A DNA stretch of 64,000 nucleotides from Carpediemonas membranifera BICM (taxonomy: Eukaryota > Protista > Fornicata), in contig JAHDYR010000008.1 in NCBI GenBank assembly GCA_019828565.1, positions 1-64,000 on the forward strand. The letters run 5' to 3'. The first letter of the stretch is position 1. Each line of letters opens with the position of its first letter. Both the position numbers and the translations under genes were made by a program. The notes under the pieces are model-generated. The model did no database searches and was not told the origin of the DNA. It saw nothing but the letters and a program-made list of their open reading frames with translations. This document shows positions 10,201 through 19,151 of the stretch, in pieces.

Positions 10201-13200
10201 TAATGGCGCGAACCTTCTTAATGATCTCAGGTGGCGGCCCGAGATTATCGAGCAATGATTCGAGGGCTTCGACGGAGTCAGCATGGGTTGCGGCAAGTGT
10301 AGTGGCCATCACGCCGGACTTCTCGACGATCGAGCGGTGGATCCTGGCAGATGCATTCTCAATCTCATCCTCATTCACCGATATCGGATCCAGATTTGTG
10401 AGATCATCCATCTTATCGGCGACATCGATAATCTGCCCTAGATACTGACCCCGGGATCCCATTAGCTCAGTGATGAGGGGGTTGACACCGTCCATAACCT
10501 CATTTGACCGGCCTGCCTCATGGAACAGCATGCCGTTGCCCACCTTGATGACGACCTTTGACACATGGAGCAGGTTCCGTCGGGCGCTGACTGGTACAGA
10601 TTGCACGATCTGGTAGGCGTCAGGGGCGGCGATAGAGGGCGCTATGAACTTCAGGAATAGCACAGCCCCGGTGGCGCTGACCTTGGTGCCAGGAAACCGG
10701 CGCTCGAGGGCATCTTGCAGCTTACGGCAGACGATACGGGGGCCGAGTGGCATGGCGTCGACAGCAGCGAAAATGGCCTTCAACACGCCTCGGGAGACGT
10801 CAATGAGGCGCTGGACATTGTCCTCGATGAGGGCAGCGATCACCGCCTCGCTCTCCACGCCAGTTATGTCAGAAGACACTCGGGAACGGTCAAGCTCGAG
10901 GTCAGTGGCGCCAAGACGAATGATATCGGCTATAACCGGCTTCAGCGTGTCCTCAAGGTACTCGAGAGCGGTCAGACGGAGATACTGGGCCAGTAGCTTG
11001 GCCGGGAACGTGTTCTGACGGAGAACAGACGTAGCATCGGCCATTTCATTGATCTCCGCCTCTACGAACGAGGAGACGACGTCGATAGCGGTCTCGTGAG
11101 ATGGACAGAGCCGGAGCAAGGCCTTGGCGACGTCATCGCCCTCAGATTGGCCGGTGGTCTTCGCCAGTTGGCCCAGCAAGCCGTCGATGGGCTCCATGAA
11201 CAGGGCATCGCGGATCAGGTCGGTGGGCGGCACCTTCGTCTCCTCGGCGATAGCAGCGGTCAGTGACTCGTCAGAGTCGAGCAGCTTAGTGATGGCGGCC
11301 ATGGCAACGCCCCGACTGATGACCGAGTCGCCCTGGGTCTGCCGCACAATGAAGCTGATGGCAGTGGGGTTGGATACCAGAAGGCCGACCATGCAGGCAC
11401 GGGCGACATCCGGGTAGGCTGTGGCCAGGGGCAGCAGGGCGTTATAGTGGGTCGCCAGGTCTTGATCTGACACTATCAGGCCGTCGTACAGGAGAGTGAG
11501 TGCGGGCGAGACGGAGGACGGGTCGAGTCGTATCCACTTCCGGACGATTTCGAGCAGAATATGACGGGTGCGGTGGGGCTGGCGAAATGACACTGATGTC
11601 GAACGGCTGAACATGACCGATATGAGCTCTGGGACAATGGTGAGGAGCCTTGAGCCCCTGTTCTGGGCAGTCAGGCGGTCAGTCTGCTGGACCAGAGCAA
11701 TCAAAATGCCATCAAAGTCAGGGAGAGCAAGAGTGGCAGATTCGTTGAAAGACACAATATCTAGCACAGTTTGCGAGATATCTGCCAGGATTGCCTCGAT
11801 CTCGGCCCCGCCCACCGCCCGAGAGGCCGCCAGTGCGTTGGTAAGAACACCAACGAACCGCACATAAAGCAAGGGAGACAGGGCGTTGACCACTGCTGAC
11901 CGGGCTCGGGTCCTTATGGCTTCGTCGTGTGAGCCCAAGGCACTTACGGCCAGCTCGATGAGGCCAGGCGCGGTGGTGTCGACGGGGAGGATGGAGGGGG
12001 TGAGCAGGTTGACTGTCACACCGCCACCCAGTCCGACTGCGCTGAAGGCGAGTGTCATGGCCAAACTGTCGCCGGCAAGGGGCGACTTCCCGGCCGGGTC
12101 GGCGGCAAACAAGGCGTAGGCAGACTCACAGGCCATGCGGATCCCGCCGACGTTGGCGACGGTCGACCTGAGAACACCGATCGTCTCGAACACGTCGTTG
12201 TCCCCCGAGATGGCGGCGAGTCTCTTATAGATAAGGTAGCTGCCAGTGATGGTGTGAGTCTTGGCCACACCGGAAGGGATGATCGCCCAAAACTCCAATA
12301 GGAAGGCCAGTGCGGTCCGAGCCTGCTGTCTAGCGTTGGCGTCGGGAGAAATCGTGAGTAACACCATCCCGCACTCTAAGGCAGCGCTGGCTCTGGCTAG
12401 CGTCGATGCCACACGGCCCCAGTCGGCGGCAGAGTCGGCATTGGCCTTGAGGGCGTCAATGCTGTCTGTTATCAGCTGGACCGCTGTATCGAGCACAGTC
12501 CGTTGTGTCAGAGGGGGGCAGTGGATCAGATTCATGGTCATGGCCTGGCCCACGCGCTCAAGGGTCGAGGTCACGAAGGCAAACTGGTCCGACGTTGAGT
12601 CCAGCGCAGTTCTAAAGACGTTAGCAACACCACTGCAGCACACATCAACTGATTTGATCGTGGTGATGGCTTGGCAGAGGGCGACCCCCAAGAGGCTGCC
12701 CAGGACAGGTGTGTGTGCGTCTGGAATGAACCTTACTAGGAGGGGGTCCAGGGAAAAGAGCGTGCAGAGGGCAATGGTCAGATCAGTGGGCGCGGGCAGG
12801 ATCTTCTTTGTATCTATCATATCTACTACAGATTCAAGATCCTCTTTGAGCAGGTCGAATACAAGAGGTGCGAGCATCTCCCGGACTGAACCGAGTGTCG
12901 GATGGAACGGCATCTCGGGCGACGTGGCATCGCCGAATGCCTGGATCAAAGGCACCACCATCGGATGCGTCCTCGCGTGCAGAAGGTTGGTCAGCCGCTT
13001 GATGGTTTCAAGGGGATTAATCCGGAATGAAGCGAGGAAGTAGGCGCGGGTGTCGTCGGGCGAGAGCTCGAGCTGGTCGGCGATTAGGAGCTTCTCGACG
13101 TATGGCTGCAGGTCTGGGACAATATGCCTTAGCACACAGATATCGCCCTTGTCAACAAGTGTGGAGAGGCCCACCAGGTCGATCACCGCCGCTGCTGCAA

Positions 13201-14260
13201 AGGACGCGAACCGGGCATCGAATGTCTGGGGGAGGATTGATTCCCGTAGCCGTTGGCAGTATGAGAAGAGGACAGGATACTCTTGGGCCGCCCGGGCGGG
13301 CTGGAGGAAGACGGCGAGCATGATGTCGGGGCAGCAGACCAAACCTGCTGCTATGGCGCGGTACAGTGCCATCAATGTCTGCGGGTGCTTGTGCGTGGTA
13401 TCCTCTGCCCATTGAAAGAGTGTCACACAGAGCAGGTCTGGGTCACCCCTCATTCGACCCTCAGAAGTCGCCAGGACCACGAACTGCCGGCCCAAGGCAT
13501 GGGCCCAGCCCAGGACAGCGGAGTAAACAAGCGTGGCGATCGCTTTCCTGGATATGGGTGACACTATTGCTCTGAATGTGGCAGGCTCGGACAGGGGGGT
13601 GAGTGCCGTGAACAGGGCAGACACCCGCGGTCCTGTGTACTCTAGCGCGCCCAGTAGATGGCAGTTAATGCTCACAGTGGCTGGGTCGGCATCCTGCGCC
13701 AGCGTCTGGGGGAGCAGTAGGTCAATGAGCGTTGCAAAGTAGTCCCGCGACAGTGAATGGATGAGATTCGCGGCAATGTGACGAAGGTGGGGCTCGTTAG
13801 AGATAGCAGCGAACTCCTCCGCTACAGATACGATGAATGTGATGTCCTTTGAGGGAAGAGGAGTCCCACCGACACGGGAATTGAGGTCGATGGCCGAAGT
13901 CATGGTCTGAGCCAGGAATGCCTGGATGAGATCCACAGAATGAGAGTATGTCTTATATAACGTCTCTAGCTCCTCAAGCACTGCCGAAACTGAGTCTTGC
14001 ACGAGAGAAAGCATCGCGTTTGCGTAATTCGACGCGTCTGCATTCGTCCCGACCACTCGGTTGTGTTCAAGTTCCAAAGGAACAGGATTTTGACTGAGAA
14101 TGCTGTTCAGCTGCGATGAAAAGACACGCAGCATCCTCGTCGTTGAATGCGAAAGTTCTGCATAAACTGCTCGTCCACCCCAGCGCGGTCGGTGGAGGTG
14201 TCGACACTCTGTATCGACAGTTTTTGCGTCCAATACGGTGTGTGCACGCGCCTGAATCAT
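7274..14260 (-). CDS. NF1: Neurofibromin-like RasGAP (RasGAP + Sec14/PH + helical repeats); start is 14260 or 14134
   Basis: 2328-aa ORF. Arg finger VLRQNTFPAKLL, GAVLFLKFIAPSIAAPD, NLLHVSKV, then Sec14-like PFEVVIDCT..WL..LF..VPPEARENL. Confidence 0.85.
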   Translation of the reverse strand: MIQARAHTVLDAKTVDTECRHLHRPRWGGRAVYAELSHSTTRMLRVFSSQLNSILSQNPVPLELEHNRVVGTNADASNYANAMLSLVQDSVSAVLEELETLYKTYSHSVDLIQAFLAQTMTSAIDLNSRVGGTPLPSKDITFIVSVAEEFAAISNEPHLRHIAANLIHSLSRDYFATLIDLLLPQTLAQDADPATVSINCHLLGALEYTGPRVSALFTALTPLSEPATFRAIVSPISRKAIATLVYSAVLGWAHALGRQFVVLATSEGRMRGDPDLLCVTLFQWAEDTTHKHPQTLMALYRAIAAGLVCCPDIMLAVFLQPARAAQEYPVLFSYCQRLRESILPQTFDARFASFAAAAVIDLVGLSTLVDKGDICVLRHIVPDLQPYVEKLLIADQLELSPDDTRAYFLASFRINPLETIKRLTNLLHARTHPMVVPLIQAFGDATSPEMPFHPTLGSVREMLAPLVFDLLKEDLESVVDMIDTKKILPAPTDLTIALCTLFSLDPLLVRFIPDAHTPVLGSLLGVALCQAITTIKSVDVCCSGVANVFRTALDSTSDQFAFVTSTLERVGQAMTMNLIHCPPLTQRTVLDTAVQLITDSIDALKANADSAADWGRVASTLARASAALECGMVLLTISPDANARQQARTALAFLLEFWAIIPSGVAKTHTITGSYLIYKRLAAISGDNDVFETIGVLRSTVANVGGIRMACESAYALFAADPAGKSPLAGDSLAMTLAFSAVGLGGGVTVNLLTPSILPVDTTAPGLIELAVSALGSHDEAIRTRARSAVVNALSPLLYVRFVGVLTNALAASRAVGGAEIEAILADISQTVLDIVSFNESATLALPDFDGILIALVQQTDRLTAQNRGSRLLTIVPELISVMFSRSTSVSFRQPHRTRHILLEIVRKWIRLDPSSVSPALTLLYDGLIVSDQDLATHYNALLPLATAYPDVARACMVGLLVSNPTAISFIVRQTQGDSVISRGVAMAAITKLLDSDESLTAAIAEETKVPPTDLIRDALFMEPIDGLLGQLAKTTGQSEGDDVAKALLRLCPSHETAIDVVSSFVEAEINEMADATSVLRQNTFPAKLLAQYLRLTALEYLEDTLKPVIADIIRLGATDLELDRSRVSSDITGVESEAVIAALIEDNVQRLIDVSRGVLKAIFAAVDAMPLGPRIVCRKLQDALERRFPGTKVSATGAVLFLKFIAPSIAAPDAYQIVQSVPVSARRNLLHVSKVVIKVGNGMLFHEAGRSNEVMDGVNPLITELMGSRGQYLGQIIDVADKMDDLTNLDPISVNEDEIENASARIHRSIVEKSGVMATTLAATHADSVEALESLLDNLGPPPEIIKKVRAINSGSIASPHLDEFKRHSDNIDPALLEAASAVFVQSGQSAERRPLFWWRGEHYSAELDHTAILRHMIDIAQPFWTLPFEVVIDCTHAQRVPTAWLMRLFAVVPPEARENLKALHVLRPGTDFDSSLRSLAKTLSQADIRKIRVYTSASMIRKALGEKAQPMPLTARSLELDARILHSFDLGVPKSRHDATLSISAKDLIITMHGATPQTTRVDAFALADVTVAVDGETIFVSEASAVCPAVRLTGPVASVEQVSAICQECIHQARVDAPVAVVGEETRQAVLPARMLVVGFASMFSADIVARSAAYTLVHAVLTKMHPIAGHKSVAKGMFVASSGSSVVSVSPLPYPTVIAVVSQLGQALPALTVDMCVLAMELAPSMPAELVMPALQFVPHIISIVAATMPERIPEIVSAGLALTRALPGQRVLLAQVVWRQLAMYAGAAPDVVESIIGVVLESLEKDPESHEDVGLALLAMVGEAESMAPCVDAVVRRGIDKAQSARPADAHPYLSLIHQLAFDCINLDASLPPVLHVLALTVGLPETASVAYDTVRAVSHSLIAQASSPDLEQIHAELTSPSLAESFLHPEPGAAMDVLLPVLVRLAIVAANTSAKLAQTRSEWFKMASHLAFAPASAPALASTRGRALCLVGLLHSPMSAVKICHETVLKVATPDPSPVMHEALSSLAIVVSNMALGSEANAEHIRTLFWLSAFCLLTRPDWKAANNLMLAILDPKALSVSGHPFSSLAAVKPKSMTPDEASVASMMGISPAGWPLWSLVRLMLPVLLQFDSNTVATSMLREMHSRFLTQTDLTTPLVIAYLAFTGDTISLETSRGQAGVTVSVTDSIWSHIGSTTVDAVLGVSLLAEILTGAATKPCPAAYETIRRVLGIITVCPNEGILSAVRHSLVPTLQTLACDEAWVDYRLSDLVLPVMFSVNSAAEDPACLLDADEIAATKNPIRYDPVSDEIWPRVRDVLLCLEH

Positions 14261-14407
14261 TTATATCGGTCGGTTATCACGGAGCGCTTCCTTGCCTTAG
14301 AAGAGCGGCGGCGAAATGGCCGACTATACTCGTCATTGGCTCTGTCAGGGCACACTCAGGTGCCCAGACAAGTCCTGACTTGGTGGCGCATTTTAGCAGA
14401 CAGCGCA

Positions 14408-15563
14408 ATGCAGGAGCGCAAGTCGGATTTCTGGTGCGTGGTGTCAAAACGCATTGTAGAAAGCAGTAGCAGTGAAGCTCTCACATTCATCCACACAGAT
14501 GCTGTTTGTTTCCTCCAATTCAGTTGGTATTACTCAGTCACGCCTCACATACTCGCTTCTCCGTGCACTTCACGTCAACCGGGTCAAGCTCAACACGTTC
14601 TATGAGCCGCTGATCGCCAACTTCCACACCGAGGAGTACATCCGTGCGCTGAAGGAGGAGAAGCCGTGCACTTTCTTCCGCGAGGACAGCCAGCCCTTCC
14701 CGGGAATCTACGAATATGCCCGTCTGATCGTTGATGGCACGTGTACAGCTGCGGATATGCTCATTGATGGCGTTGATATGGGGTACCCTGCGCCAGTGAC
14801 GCTCTTCTGGCAGGGCGGGAGGCACCATGCTCATGCAGACCTCGCACACGGCTACTGCTGGCTGAATGATGTGGTTATTGGCATCAACCGGCTACAGGAG
14901 CGCTTCCCCCGCGTGCTTTACGTCGACACTGACTTCCACCACGGCGACGGCGTCCAAGCAGCCTTCTACAACGATCCTACCGTCACCACCGTCTCGTTCC
15001 ATGCGTTTGGCGACGTATTCCCCTTCTCTGGGTCTGAGACTGAGCGGGGCGAGGGCCCGGGCCTGGGCCACTGCATCAATGTCCCCATCCCGTCAACAGT
15101 GCGGCTATCCGACCGCGAGTTCGAGTTGCTGTCCATGCCCGTCCTCGAGTACGCCTTTGAAATAGCCAACCCCGACGTTGTTGTCTACACTGTCGGTGCT
15201 GACACCGTCCTTGGAGACCCCCTCACCCGCGGGTACAACACCACGACCAGGGCCATCTGCAACGTTGTCCAGTACCTCCTCTCCAGGGGCAAGCCTCTGC
15301 TGCTGCTCGGCGGTGGCGGTTATGAGCCCACATCTGTCGCTAAGATGGCCGGGGCCGTCGCTGAGACCGTGTCGCTCGGGATGGTGCCCGACAACGACGC
15401 CACGCTTCCTGTGACCGACAGAAACCTGGATAAGTACCGCCCCCATGTGCAGCTGCACACTCAGCGGGTTTACGACGATGGTGAGGGCTACCGCAACAAG
15501 CGCGTCAAGAAGGTCGAGGAGATATTGCGGCAGACGCTCCCAGAGAAGGCGAGGAAAATGTAA
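14408..15563 (+). CDS. Class I histone deacetylase (HDAC8/Hos1-like); intron 14504-14537
   Basis: Motifs GGRHHA, GYCWLND, DTDFHHGDGV, GAD and GGGGY. A 34-nt GTTTGT..TTACTCAG intron links the ATG at 14408 in frame. Confidence 0.92.
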
Positions 15564-15657
15564 ATGAGAGGAATGTCACTGGTAAGTGATCTTTACATTG
15601 GTCTGTCAGATTCAGCGGGCCACCCCAGTGTAGGGCGTCTCGTCTCCTATAGTACAA

Positions 15658-16569
15658 TCAACTGGCTGGGTCAAAGGACATCATCTGCACCTGCTGCTCC
15701 ACAACCTGCTGTTGCTTGAGTTCGAGCGGGTCCGTGGTCTCGGCCATCACAAAGTCCTCGAGGTTTCCGTTCTCGGGGTAGACAAGGATGTCCCGGACGT
15801 CGGGCACGTCAATGAGGCCGTGGAGGAATGGGAGGAGGTCGTATAGCTCAGTGTCGAACTTGTCCTCGAACCACGTGACGCATGGTATGGCGTTTCCGGC
15901 ATGGAGAGCATAAGAGGCCGGTGAATTGTCGATGATAATCGTGTGTTCAAGTGGTCGACCGAGCTTGGACAAATCCTTCACATACCGGCCTTAGTGCATG
16001 CTGCATGCGTCTCGGTACAGCCGGTAGCGGACGACACGATGGGCGTCAAGCAGATCAAGGAGCGGGTCAGCATACTTGGACAATGATGCCGTGAAAACAA
16101 CGATCTCGAAGTACTTGCTGCAATTCAAGAGGAAATCATCCACACCCGGCCGCTTTCGAACGAACACTTGGTGAACTCGGTTGTCGATCTCCACTGGGAT
16201 GATGTAATCGGGATTAGGGATCGGCTTGAAGCTACTATGAACTAATGTCTCATCTAAGTCGAGTACCAAGCACTTCTTGCCCTTGTCAGTTGGGTCAATG
16301 GCTCCGAGAAGAACTCCTTCGCCTAATGGACTCGAAACATCCTCTGGCTCGATTTTTGCAAAGCATGAACGTGTAAAGAGCGTTAGGAAACCTTTTGGTG
16401 AGATTAATTTCCTCTTTGGCCTTTGGGTTGCTGTGGTAGCTTTTGGATCCGCGCTAGTCTCTTGTGTCCGAACCTCCTTGATAATTGGAACTTGTCGAGC
16501 TCCAAGACGTGGAAGTCTTGACAGTTGTTCCGCTTCATCACGGCTTACGCTCGTGATAACAGAATCCAT
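15658..16569 (-). CDS. Small CTD phosphatase (SCP/CTDSP, FCP1 family) interrupted by an in-frame TAA at 15991-15993
   Basis: MDSVITSVS start, [33 protein letters not shown], then [18 protein letters not shown] and IIDNSPASY in the same frame. Confidence 0.88.
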
Positions 16570-16926
16570 GCGTTCGTTCGAGTTCGGAACGGCGTTATCG
16601 AATCCGCATGTATGCAATGTAAATCACATCAACGGGGGCTCCCATGGGCGTAGGATTGCCGCACTAGACCAGCTTAGGACCTAGCCTCGTGGCATTGGAA
16701 GTTTTTCGTTAGAACGGTCAATTCCCATATAATTGAAGCATGTCGCAAAATCTAGCGCCACCGTATTTCCTGCCGCAAGCAATCTCCTTGTCCCGCCGGT
16801 CCGCCATATATCCTTGCATCAAGATGTGTTTATGAGTTATCGAATCCTTGAATGCTGATTCGATGTGGATCGGGTCGGATCCAACCATGGTCGCCGGCGA
16901 ATATTGTTCCAACAAAGAAAAAAGTC

Positions 16927-17409
16927 TCATACAGCTGATCCTCCAGCGCGCTTGACAACCTTGCGCTTGGCATTCTTCTTCATCTTCAGCTTCTTGTTGG
17001 GTACTGCTGTCTCGAAGGACTCGGCCGAGTCACCCGGCATAATATCAGTAGATTGGACCTGCCCCATCATCCTGCTCATCTCCTCCTTCCTCTCGTTGCG
17101 TTTTGCAAGCTTCTTCTCCGGAATCGGGACGACTGTCTTGGATTGGACGGCCCGGGTCATTACCGGCGCCACAATGCCAGTCTGGAGCATTTGCGCCTTC
17201 AAAAGAGCTTCATCGTGGTTCTTACGTTCGACCAGTTTCTCTTGTTTGCCCGCATCAATCGCGCGCTGCTCTCTATTCTTGTGAGCGTCTGAAAGGATGT
17301 GCTGCTTGATAGTGAATGGTTTGTTAACAATCCAAACCTTGCAGCATTCACAATAGTACTGCTTTCCCAGGCCTACGCCTTCCACGATGCCTTCTTTCGT
17401 GAGATTCAT
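16927..17409 (-). CDS. U1C/matrin-type zinc-finger protein (WBP4-like N-terminus)
   Basis: YYCECCKVWI..IKQHILSDAHK with a Lys-rich tail; first likely ATG at 17409. Confidence 0.7.
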   Translation of the reverse strand: MNLTKEGIVEGVGLGKQYYCECCKVWIVNKPFTIKQHILSDAHKNREQRAIDAGKQEKLVERKNHDEALLKAQMLQTGIVAPVMTRAVQSKTVVPIPEKKLAKRNERKEEMSRMMGQVQSTDIMPGDSAESFETAVPNKKLKMKKNAKRKVVKRAGGSAV

Positions 17410-17533
17410 CCTCAGACACAAGGTGCAGTTTATGCTGCTGCGATGTGGGCGATCGGCAGGCTCCTGGAACCCCAAGATCAGCCCTACAAACTTGTTGCAT
17501 CAGGCAGCAAACCAAGAGTTCCAAGAAGTGACC

Positions 17534-18725
17534 TCATCCCGGTGTATCAAAGCTGCCGACCATCCTGTTATCATCAATCACCTCGACATATGGGACGTCA
17601 TTCGGCTGGTAGGTAGGAGGGGGCATGCGGTAAGGAATGGCCTCAAAGACATCAGCATTGGGGCTCAGGAACACAAAGCCCGCCTCATGGTTCCTGATGG
17701 TGATAGTCTGGCCGGTGATAACGCCCCAAGCTGCCGCGCTGAGGTTGGCTGAGCCAAGGTACACCCAGGCCAGATCCCCGCTGGGCTCTATAGCAGTAAT
17801 CAGCTTTGAATGGCTCAGCAAGCGGGGTTGGCCTTCTTTCATAACAATATCAGAGAAAGACGACTGGCGATGCGCTCTAATACACTCCGCTGCTTCCGGC
17901 TTGCAGTGAAGATAAGACGCCCCTCCCGCAGAGCCGACAACGGCTCTCACTGACGGAAATGCGACCCTAAAGGTGCCGTGTGGTCTCAGCATGAGGCTGT
18001 CCAGCAGTTGCTGGTGAAACCTCGGGTAAGACTGGACTGAGCTGCACTGCACTGTAACCTCGGACAGGATCTGATGGGGCAGGGCTAGGTGACCGAGAGG
18101 AACAGTGCCGGATGTGCTGTGCTGGCCAGGGATTGACACAACCATGCGGACATCGGGGCCGATGGATGTCCAGTCGTACCGATCAAAATCAAGCGTTGAT
18201 TGGTCCACCCCGAGGTCGGACATCAATGCACTGAGAGCGGCAGCAACTTGGTGTTCTACTCGATGCGGGAACCTTCTTCTCGGCAGGTCGAAGTAGACTA
18301 TCGCCTGTCTCATGCCACTGTGGTCGGTGGGAGTCAGGTTAGCGCTCCCGACGACTAGCCGCAGGAACATGGCATGGTATAGGAGGTAGACCTTGGCGTG
18401 CATGGATTCCTGCGGTGCTATATGAGGCAGGGCGAGCTTGATGTTGGGTGTGAGGGCGCGCGCGCCACTTGAGACGCGGTTTGCGTCGTAATGGCAGATA
18501 ACAGTGAACGGTGCGGTCTCAGGAAGCTGAGTGACAACAAACTCCGTGTTGACACCGTATGTAGTCAGGATTCCGTGGCTAATGTCCTCGTTGCTGCATG
18601 AGCGTCGGAACTTGGATAACAAACATCAGCTCCTTGAATTCATATGTCAAATCAGCACCCACAGAGTCCAAACATGCCGCTACTCTGTTTGAGAGGACAC
18701 GCCCAGCTTTGAACGGTGGGAACAT
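17534..18725 (-). CDS. TDP1: Tyrosyl-DNA phosphodiesterase 1; intron 18594-18624
   Basis: Two HxK motifs (HAKVYLL..SANL; HSKLI..LGSANLSAAAWG) and IRNHEAG. A 31-nt intron links the ATG at 18725. Confidence 0.9.
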
Positions 18726-19151
18726 GGTTTGCTGCTCTCCAGAAGAGAACAATTACGCGAGGTTACATAAATGTTTACAACATACAATCGAGTAAATTCA
18801 TAAATGGGCGCCGCTGACTCAGCCTTGGTGTTGCCACCGCACGGTCTCAAGTTCTAGGCTGGCGGCCGCTTTACTTGCAAAAGGGTTTTGCCAGAAAAGG
18901 TGCACCACCATCGTGTCATTAAAGGACGAGAAATTCCGATGCCCCCAACAACGTTTCATGCTGATGTGCGCGTTTTGTTAGATGGAAAGGTGGATCGGTT
19001 CTCTTTTGATGTCATGCGAGATCAGCTTGACGTTGGTCACATTACTATTTCGATTTGCCAACGTTTCCAGCGCTCTATGGATATAACAACTTGCCTAGGG
19101 CAGCTTTCAGCAACTACACTCCATATTCATTACCTTTTACAACGCAACAAG

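Noticed and set aside
15991-15993. Genome-wide TAA/TAG = Gln code
   Set aside because: Many genes end correctly at TAA or TAG, and long ORFs such as the 2328-aa one contain none internally.
15985-16030. Intron removing the phosphatase TAA
   Set aside because: No fitting GTNNGT/TNAYNCAG pair, and splicing would delete conserved residues.
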